Assembly: GCF_028687615.1 (NCBI RefSeq)
Contig: NZ_JAQTZU010000004.1
Span: forward strand, 4,293-68,292
From: Methylovulum sp.
GTDB taxonomy: Bacteria; Pseudomonadota; Gammaproteobacteria; Methylococcales; Methylomonadaceae
Length of the DNA stretch: 64,000 bases
Reading direction: 5' to 3'
The position numbers and the translations under genes are program-made. Positions 10,194 to 17,480 of the stretch are shown here, piece after piece. The notes under the pieces were generated by a model. That model worked only from the letters and a program-made list of their open reading frames with translations, did no database searches and had not been told where the DNA came from. Numbering within the stretch: position 1 is the stretch's first letter; every line of letters starts with the position of its first letter.

Positions 10194-10611
10194 TATTATT
10201 CAAAGGGGCTGGATAAATAATCTGTAGAAAAATAGTTTTTGCAACACAACATACAAAAAAACCTGGACATTGACAAGCAACATTGGTGTCGCAGCAAATT
10301 TTCCGCAGCCACCCTTCTTCATCACCCAACATCCATCAGCAAAAGCGCAGTAAAATGGAAACTGCTTTAAGCGGGTTTGGCCGTGTCGCTTGCTTTGAAG
10401 CCCATCAATTATAATAACTGATGTTACGCACCGACTACGAACTATCAATAACTTACAGTTGTTTTTTGCTTTGTAAGTCATTGATTCTTCGTTGGCCTGC
10501 GTAACATCAGATAATAAGCCATTAAGCATTTGCCAGCCGATAAATAGACCTTCCTGATCTTTAAAAATGGAAGACCTATGATCCGCATTAACCCAACCTA
10601 AAACCAAGCCC

Positions 10612-11649
10612 ATGCCCACCATCGAAATACCCATCTGGCCTTACGCTTACGGACAACCCGTCAGCACCGGAAACCTGCGCACGTTGCCAGAAGACTTCAT
10701 CGTCACCGAACAACTCGCCTTTGAACCGTCCGGCGACGGCGAACATGTATTTCTTTATATCGAAAAAATCGGTGAAAACACTGAATACATCGCCAGGCTC
10801 TTGGCAAGACACGCCCAGGTCCGGCAACGTGATATTGGCTATGCCGGACTCAAAGACCGCCATGCCATCACCCGCCAATGGTTTAGCGTCTGGTTGCCTG
10901 GTAAAACGGGGGACGGGCCGGATTGGACCTTACTGAATGGCGATCAACTACACGTTTTACATACTGTCCGCCATGCACAGAAACTAAAACGCGGCGTATT
11001 GGCGGGCAACCAGTTCCAAATCACGTTACGGAACTGGCAAGGCGACACCGACACGCTGATCCGGCAATTGGAGCAAATCAAAACCCACGGCGTCCCAAAT
11101 TATTACGGTGGGCAACGTTTCGGCCATAACGGGCAGAACGTCAACAAAGCCTTGGCGATGTTCGATGGTGCGAAAACCGGACGCGAACAACGCAGCCTTT
11201 ACCTTTCCGCCGCCCGTTCATTTTTATTCAACCAACTGCTCGCCCAACGCGTCCAAAACCAAACTTGGAACCAAGCCGTAGACGGGGATGCTTACATTTT
11301 TGACCGTTCTAATAGTTGCTTCAAATCCACGCAGGCCGATGACGGCATCATCCGACGTTTAAGCCGTGGCGACATCCATCCTAGCGGGATGTTATGGGGC
11401 AAAGGCGATGCCGACGTCAGCAGCACGGCATTGCAACTCGAACACAACATCATCGCCGCGTACCCAGCCCTAGCCGAGGGTTTGCTGGCAGTTGGGGTAG
11501 ATAGAAACCGCCGCGCCTTGCGTGCCAATGTCTTTGATTTACAATGGGCATTTATTACGGATGATGTGCTGGTTGTGAGTTTTAGCTTGCCTGCGGGTAG
11601 CTATGCGACGGCGGCGTTGCGGGAGTTTGTGGATTATGGGGAAAAGTAG
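10612..11649 (+). CDS. truD: tRNA pseudouridine(13) synthase
   Basis: 345-aa ORF with the TruD signature GLKDRHAITRQWFS and the expected overall length. Confidence 0.92.
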   Translation: MPTIEIPIWPYAYGQPVSTGNLRTLPEDFIVTEQLAFEPSGDGEHVFLYIEKIGENTEYIARLLARHAQVRQRDIGYAGLKDRHAITRQWFSVWLPGKTGDGPDWTLLNGDQLHVLHTVRHAQKLKRGVLAGNQFQITLRNWQGDTDTLIRQLEQIKTHGVPNYYGGQRFGHNGQNVNKALAMFDGAKTGREQRSLYLSAARSFLFNQLLAQRVQNQTWNQAVDGDAYIFDRSNSCFKSTQADDGIIRRLSRGDIHPSGMLWGKGDADVSSTALQLEHNIIAAYPALAEGLLAVGVDRNRRALRANVFDLQWAFITDDVLVVSFSLPAGSYATAALREFVDYGEK

Positions 11650-11699
11650 TTCAAGAGCGGTATCGCTTAGGAATGAGCATGGAATAAATTCGCGGATCA

Positions 11700-11757
11700 A
11701 GACCTGTCAGGTTTCTTGTGCCCCAGAGATATAAGGGTATCAAAACCTGGCAGGTCT
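11700..11757. repeat. REP-like inverted repeat (AGACCTGTCAGGTTT ... AAACCTGGCAGGTCT)
   Basis: 15-nt arms with one mismatch, separated by 28 nt. Each arm contains the palindrome ACCTGNCAGGT. A second copy lies at 12610-12642. Confidence 0.7.
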
Positions 11758-11944
11758 AACGAGCCGTTGCGGAAATTATTTCATGCCCGTTCCTTACCTA
11801 AAAAATTTGTCCAATTTGGCTGTAAACTGGGTAAAGATTAGTAGCAGCGGGCAGAAGCCCGCCGCCTAGCTATAATGAGTTTGAAGCGATATTGAACAGC
11901 TTCCAACGCATCGGAATGGGGTTGCTAACAAAACTTCATCCTGG

Positions 11945-12484
11945 TTACGGGATTATTTGTTCATTTTTCATCGTGTTAAGCAATTGGCGTGCTTGTGCCG
12001 TTTCTTCTTCGGTACCATGCAGGATTAGGACAAATTTATCCGCAATCAGGGCTTTTTCGTATTTGATGATTTCGTCTTCTTTCATGCCCATGCTGAATAA
12101 CGCCGCACCGAGCGCGGATAATCCCGCCATGATCACCGAACTTTCCATAGCCGCCACCAGCGAGGTGACAATTGGGCCGGCGAGGGCCACCAAACCGACA
12201 CCGGGAATAAAGAACACGGCGGGTGCAAAAAGCAATCCCCAAATGCCACCCCAAATCGCGCCGACACTCCCCCACGTTTTAATGCGGTCGCCTTTGGTAT
12301 AAAAACCTACGGGGTGTTCTTCAGTTTGATAGCCTTTACCAATAATAGATAGGTTTTCCATATCGAAACCTTGCTTGTGCAAGGCTTTTACGGCTTCTTC
12401 TGCCTCGATGTGGGAGTTAAAGATGGAGATGACGGTATTCTCAACACTATTTTTTAAATTATCTAAAGTATTTTCTGTGCTCAT
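11945..12484 (-). CDS. Membrane protein with general-stress (YflT-like) flanking domains and a Gly-rich TM core
   Basis: 179-aa ORF with soluble N- and C-terminal alpha/beta modules around the hydrophobic segments WGSVGAIWGGIWGLLFAPAVFFIPGVGLVALAGPIV. Family assignment is tentative. Confidence 0.6.
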   Translation of the reverse strand: MSTENTLDNLKNSVENTVISIFNSHIEAEEAVKALHKQGFDMENLSIIGKGYQTEEHPVGFYTKGDRIKTWGSVGAIWGGIWGLLFAPAVFFIPGVGLVALAGPIVTSLVAAMESSVIMAGLSALGAALFSMGMKEDEIIKYEKALIADKFVLILHGTEEETAQARQLLNTMKNEQIIP

Positions 12485-12609
12485 GGTACATGTCCTGAAA
12501 AATTTGCGGGAAGTCGCTGTCGGTTAATCTACTTGATTCGTAAAGATAATCCACCGGACAGTTTAGGATTTGGCTAAAAACAACTTCCCTGAAGCATTCT
12601 TGAAATCCT

Positions 12610-12642
12610 AGACCTGACAGGTTTCAAAAACCTGTCAGGTCT
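12610..12642. repeat. REP-like palindrome (AGACCTGACAGGTTT caa AAACCTGTCAGGTCT)
   Basis: 15-nt arms with a 3-nt spacer. Same family as 11700-11757. Confidence 0.7.
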
Positions 12643-12898
12643 TAATATCGGGAAGTTATTAATGGCCAAATCTTTAGCTTGAATTATCAAGGGATAATCC
12701 AAATCCAGTATACGCCGATTTTTCAAGCTGAGTTAATCCGTTAAAGTCACTCGTTTTTCAGAGCAAACGAGAAGAAGAACGCTCGATATTGCCCTGCTGG
12801 TGCTGGACTTTATTTTACAAAATCTGCGTGGGAACCCTTAGCAGAAGTTATTTTTTGCCACATCCTAAAGCACTCGATACCCTACAGAAAATCACCTT

Positions 12899-14488
12899 CT
12901 ACCTTCTATCATCTTCCGTCATTAACCGTGCCGCGAGCTGATGATCAGAAAACGTTGACAAGGCTTCGCCTATTGTCCGGCATTGGCCTCCTTGCGCTTC
13001 ATAATCCTCAGAAAAGTCATGGATAAACTCCATGACGGTATGATCAATCAAATAACCTGCTGTAAAATCAAAAATAATCGACCTGCCTTTTTCAAGCTTG
13101 GCGAGCGCCTGTTTTAATGGCAGGAAGTTGGAAAAAAGCGCGGAACCCAACAGTTTGACCACCAGCGTACCGTTAGTTTTTTGCTCAATCGTAAAATGGA
13201 TTTTGAACAAATTGCTAAACCACACGCCGCGTAGCAAATTAATCGCCAGCTTTACAATTATGCCCAGAACGACACCGCTGAGTAAATCTAACGCCAATAT
13301 CCCGATAATAGTGATGATAAACATCAACAGTTGTTCTTTGCCAATATCCCTGACCCTGGCGAAAACTTTGGGCGAGGTTAATTTATAACCGGTATAAACT
13401 AGGATAGTCGCCAGTGAAGCTAAGGGGATATTTTGTATCAAGCGGGTAAACAGCACGACAAACAGCAATAACAACAAGCCATGAAAGAAGTTAGCCCATG
13501 CCGTTTTCGCGCCATTGTTGATGTTCGCTGAGCTACGGACGATTTCGGCAATCATCGGCAAACCGCCAATTAAACCGCAAACCAGATTACCTATACCGAC
13601 GGCGGTTAAATCGCGGTCAAGATCAGAAGAACGTTTATCCGGGTCAAGTTTGTCAACTGCCGCCGCACTCAACAAGCTTTCTAGGCTGCCGACCAAGCTG
13701 ATGCCCAGTACCGCTTCCCAAAAAGCGACGGTGCTTATCTTGGCAAAATCGGGGAAACAGAAACTGCTCAAAAAATCATCAGGAATAGCCACCAAATAGC
13801 CCATCCCTTTTGAAGTTGCTTGCTTATCAAGGCCGAAATGCCAGGCAAAAAGCATCCCCACCAGCACGACAATCACAGGTGCAGGAATTTTGGTGTTGAT
13901 TAAAGGCCAAAGTATCAGTATTTCCAATCCTAAAAAACTAATCAGCATGGTCTGTCCATTCATGTTCAATAGGCTATGCGGGATTTGCGCGACCATTGAA
14001 AGCAAGCCGCCGGAGTCCGGCGTAACACCTAGCATGACATGGGTTTGGGTGACCATGATGATCAAGCCAATGGCTGCCAACATGCCGTGGATGACCGAAG
14101 CGGGGAAAAAGGCGCTCAAGCGTCCCAGCTTAAAAACGCCCATCAAAATCTGCAACAGACTGGCGACCACTATCGCCGCCAAGGTATACCGATAACCCGC
14201 CAGCGCGTCGCCTTCCCCCAATGCCTGCACCGCCGCCAACACCACGACTATCAATCCGGCGGCCGGGCCGTTGATGGTCAAATGGGAACCGCTGATCCGC
14301 GAAACCAACACACCGCCGATAACCGCCGTGATAATGCCCGCCGACGGCGGAAAGCCAGACGCCACCGATATGCCTAAACACAAAGGCAAAGCGATTAAAA
14401 AAACCAGAAAACCTGATTGCAAATCATCACGCCAATGCGCTTTCAACTCAGCCAGGCCAGTTTTAGATAGAATACCTTTGTCCATCAT
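12899..14488 (-). CDS. SulP-family anion transporter with C-terminal STAS domain
   Basis: 529-aa ORF with about 10-12 hydrophobic segments and a STAS-like C-terminal region (LVVKLLGSALFSNFLPLKQAL). Confidence 0.88.
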   Translation of the reverse strand: MMDKGILSKTGLAELKAHWRDDLQSGFLVFLIALPLCLGISVASGFPPSAGIITAVIGGVLVSRISGSHLTINGPAAGLIVVVLAAVQALGEGDALAGYRYTLAAIVVASLLQILMGVFKLGRLSAFFPASVIHGMLAAIGLIIMVTQTHVMLGVTPDSGGLLSMVAQIPHSLLNMNGQTMLISFLGLEILILWPLINTKIPAPVIVVLVGMLFAWHFGLDKQATSKGMGYLVAIPDDFLSSFCFPDFAKISTVAFWEAVLGISLVGSLESLLSAAAVDKLDPDKRSSDLDRDLTAVGIGNLVCGLIGGLPMIAEIVRSSANINNGAKTAWANFFHGLLLLLFVVLFTRLIQNIPLASLATILVYTGYKLTSPKVFARVRDIGKEQLLMFIITIIGILALDLLSGVVLGIIVKLAINLLRGVWFSNLFKIHFTIEQKTNGTLVVKLLGSALFSNFLPLKQALAKLEKGRSIIFDFTAGYLIDHTVMEFIHDFSEDYEAQGGQCRTIGEALSTFSDHQLAARLMTEDDRR

Positions 14489-14794
14489 TAATCCTCATGT
14501 TTATCGGCTTTGCGCCGATCTTTTATCATTTTATGCGCGTTTTTGAGGGGACAATTTACCCTCTGACCTAAGCTGTGCTTGAACCCAAATCATATCGGCT
14601 AACTTCCCCTTTTTTTAAACCAACCCGCTTAACTTTGTTCGCTATTGATTGTTTCATAGATGCTTGCTCAAAAAGCTGGGCGATGCGTTCAATAGGCAAT
14701 GCAAGCATTTATGAAACACAGTATAAACGGGATGGATAAAATCGGGCCTATGATTTAATTCAAGCACACGTTCATTGGCTTAAATATTGCCCAA

Positions 14795-14838
14795 TAAAAA
14801 AGCCCCGGTAGATAACCGTTATCTACCGGGGCTTTTTG
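14795..14838 (-). terminator. Rho-independent (bidirectional) terminator
   Basis: Perfect 14-bp stem (14801-14814 / 14820-14833) with a 5-nt loop, flanked by an A-run and a T-run. It lies 11 nt downstream of the stop at 14849. Confidence 0.8.
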
Positions 14839-14848
14839 CAGGCATCCG

Positions 14849-16405
14849 TCATCTCACCAACAACTCCGGCCCAAACCAATCCACAATGACATGCCGATAA
14901 TGCTCGGCTTTTGCGGTTTGCAGATGTTCAAGCGGGTTGAGATTATCGGTGAGCAAGACGCCATTGCGCTTGTCCACCGGAAACAGCCGTTCTTTCAACC
15001 ACGCGGATTGGCTGCCCAGCAAGGTTTTTGCATCCAAATCTATCGATTGTTTTTGGGTCGCCAAAAAAATGAAATCGTTGAAATCACGTCCGGGTTCGGA
15101 GATGAACACGGATTGTTGTGGAAACACTTCGGCTATGGTTTTAGATACGGCGGCCAAGGCATTGGCGTGTCCACCTTGGGCGAAGGCGACAAAATTCACG
15201 GCGAGTATGCCTTGTTCGGACAGCAAGCCGCGTAATTGCGCGAGGGTTTCCACGGTCAACAAGTGCGATGGTTCCGAACCGCCCGTGAAGCAATCGTGGA
15301 TAATCAGGTCGTAAGGGCCGGACAAATGGCGGATTTCATACCGCGCATCGCCGACGATGGCTTTGCCGGTGGGCTGGTAGCCAAAATAATCGACGGCGGC
15401 ATCGGCAACGGCGGGGTCGATTTCCAAGGTGTCGGTGACGATGTGGTAGCGCTCATGCAGGACTTTTGCCATGTGCCCCGCCCCCAAACCGATGATCAGG
15501 GCACGGTGCATTTTTTGCGGGGCCAAGGCGGGAATCAGGCCGACAATATCCTGATAACTCAAGCGGCTTTGTCCGTTGCTGAGGCTGGACGCGCCGATGG
15601 TTGACGCATCCGAAGTCAACAAACGCAAGTCGCGGGCTTTTTGGTCGATGACCCGCACCCAACCGTACAGACTTTCGCGTTCGGATTGGACCTGGAACTG
15701 GTTGCCGCCTGTATAACCATGCCCTGCACCGATAATTGCTGGCAACAAGGTCAAGCCGATAATGGCAAGGACGATGCTGGGCAGGATGGCGACGGAAACT
15801 TTACGTTTTTTCTGTTCATAAACCGCAATGGCGACCGCCAGCACCAGCAATAAAATCCCCGTACCGATCAAGATTTGCCGCGAACCCAACAAAGGGAACA
15901 AGAAAAATCCCAGCATCAAAGTGCCAACCACGCTGCCGACGGTGCTGACGGCATAAATTGAACCCGCGCTATTGCCGACCCCTGCCAATTGTGACGTTGC
16001 GAGTTTTATCGCAAAAGGCCCGACCATGCCAAGCAAGGTCAAACTGGGCGAAAACAAAATCAACGCGCTGACAAACGCCCCGCCGCGAAGCCCTAGCGGG
16101 TCGGTAGCCAACAGAACCGGTCGGGTCAGCAAGGGGATCAGCAACGTGAAAATAGCCGCCAAGGCGATGATTAGCGATAAACCTGTGCGTTTTGACGTAT
16201 CCGCCCAACGTCCGCCGATAAAATAACCGATGGCGAGGGCGATCATGGTCACGGAAATCAGCGATGACCAGACGTAAAGGCTGGCCCCATAAAACGGCGC
16301 GATCATGCGCGTCCCTAGCAGTTCGATCACCATCACGGACGCGCCGGTGACGAAAACAGTGGCAAAGAGTCCGGTGCGGTGGAACAGTTGGGTGTTATGG
16401 GTCAT
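14849..16405 (-). CDS. Fused polytopic membrane domain / spermidine-synthase-like methyltransferase-fold protein
   Basis: 518-aa ORF with about 7 N-terminal TM segments followed by LIIGLGAGHMAKVL and DLIIHDCFTGG, which fit a spermidine synthase-type fold. Confidence 0.8.
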   Translation of the reverse strand: MTHNTQLFHRTGLFATVFVTGASVMVIELLGTRMIAPFYGASLYVWSSLISVTMIALAIGYFIGGRWADTSKRTGLSLIIALAAIFTLLIPLLTRPVLLATDPLGLRGGAFVSALILFSPSLTLLGMVGPFAIKLATSQLAGVGNSAGSIYAVSTVGSVVGTLMLGFFLFPLLGSRQILIGTGILLLVLAVAIAVYEQKKRKVSVAILPSIVLAIIGLTLLPAIIGAGHGYTGGNQFQVQSERESLYGWVRVIDQKARDLRLLTSDASTIGASSLSNGQSRLSYQDIVGLIPALAPQKMHRALIIGLGAGHMAKVLHERYHIVTDTLEIDPAVADAAVDYFGYQPTGKAIVGDARYEIRHLSGPYDLIIHDCFTGGSEPSHLLTVETLAQLRGLLSEQGILAVNFVAFAQGGHANALAAVSKTIAEVFPQQSVFISEPGRDFNDFIFLATQKQSIDLDAKTLLGSQSAWLKERLFPVDKRNGVLLTDNLNPLEHLQTAKAEHYRHVIVDWFGPELLVR

Positions 16406-16540
16406 TTTTGTCTGCTATGTGGTAGTTTTTATGGGGATTATCTATGACCAGCGAGTTGGGTTGTTCGTGGGAGGGAACGCGTATCTCCGGGGCATAAAGG
16501 CATCCTGCCCGCCAGTTGCGCTCAAGAGACCTTAAGCTCC

Positions 16541-16559
16541 AAAAACCGAAAACTTGACC
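16541..16559. repeat. Solo copy of the 19-mer AAAAACCGAAAACTTGACC
   Basis: Identical 19-mer at 28655-28673, and its reverse complement (16 of 19) at 28549-28565. Confidence 0.6.
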
Positions 16560-16575
16560 GTTCAAAGCATATTTT

Positions 16576-17475
16576 CTATGCGGCAAACAACGAACCGCCC
16601 GCCCTACCCTCGACATCAAACCAATAATGCGGCAAACCCAGCGAATCCAACCACTCCGGGCCTTGGTCTTCCTTGAGCATGGCGATGGTTGACGCACTGC
16701 CGGCAATCACGCAAAAATCACTGACCACGCTGACCGCCGCCAAATATTTGACAGGCCAGCCGGTTTTCGGATTGAGGATGTGCCCGTAGCGGACACCGTC
16801 AATCAGGATGCAGCGTTCGTAATCCCCGCTACTGGCTAGTGCCCCGTGATGTAATGACACCGTATCGAGCAAGGCATTTTGTTGGCGCGGATGCCGTATG
16901 CCGATACGCCAGGGACTGCCGTCTGTACGCGGGCCGATGATTTTTATGTCGCCGCCGAGATTGACAACGCCATGATTTATGCCTTGCGACCGGCACAAGG
17001 CGGCGGCACGGTCTACGGCGTATTCTTTGACGATGCCGCCAAAATCAATTTCCATCCCGGCCACGGTAAATTCCAGCAGTGGACTTTGCCAGTGGACTTT
17101 GTGCCAACCGATTTTACCAAGCAGGTTTTGTATGGTTTCTTCATCGGGTAGTTTGCCTAGATCAAACCGCCACGCCTGCCGCAAGATACCTGAGGTTATA
17201 TCAAACAAGCCTTCGCTTTGTTCATGGCAAGCCACTGCGTAATCCAACAATCCCCCTGTTTCGGCATCCACTTCGATACTGCCGCCAAGCGCCGCCACAC
17301 GGTTGATCGCCGCTAAAAAACTATCGGGACGATAACGCGAATAACGGATTTCCAAGCGTTGTATGTCGGCAATGGCGGCATCAGCGACTTGCTTGGCTTG
17401 GGTTTGGGTTTTGGCAAATAGCTGAATATCACAAGGTGTGCCCATAGCCTTGAATTCAGCGCGATAAAATTCCAT
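16576..17475 (-). CDS. apbE: FAD:protein FMN transferase (ApbE family), no signal peptide
   Basis: 299-aa ORF that begins directly with the conserved F-x-AMGT core (EFKAMGTPCDIQL). There is no ATG/GTG/TTG further upstream in frame. The start is 5 nt downstream of the preceding gene. Confidence 0.9.
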   Translation of the reverse strand: MEFYRAEFKAMGTPCDIQLFAKTQTQAKQVADAAIADIQRLEIRYSRYRPDSFLAAINRVAALGGSIEVDAETGGLLDYAVACHEQSEGLFDITSGILRQAWRFDLGKLPDEETIQNLLGKIGWHKVHWQSPLLEFTVAGMEIDFGGIVKEYAVDRAAALCRSQGINHGVVNLGGDIKIIGPRTDGSPWRIGIRHPRQQNALLDTVSLHHGALASSGDYERCILIDGVRYGHILNPKTGWPVKYLAAVSVVSDFCVIAGSASTIAMLKEDQGPEWLDSLGLPHYWFDVEGRAGGSLFAA

Positions 17476-17480
17476 GCCAG

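Noticed and set aside
10497-10510. Exact 14-mer CTGCGTAACATCAG shared with 32498-32511, considered as a possible common operator.
   Set aside because: For a 64-kb window on both strands, roughly ten or more chance 14-mer matches are expected, so this is not significant on its own.
10200-10634. 144-aa ORF spanning the divergent promoter region and overlapping the truD start.
   Set aside because: The composition is implausible and it overlaps the truD start. There is no RBS, and the region is AT-rich promoter DNA.
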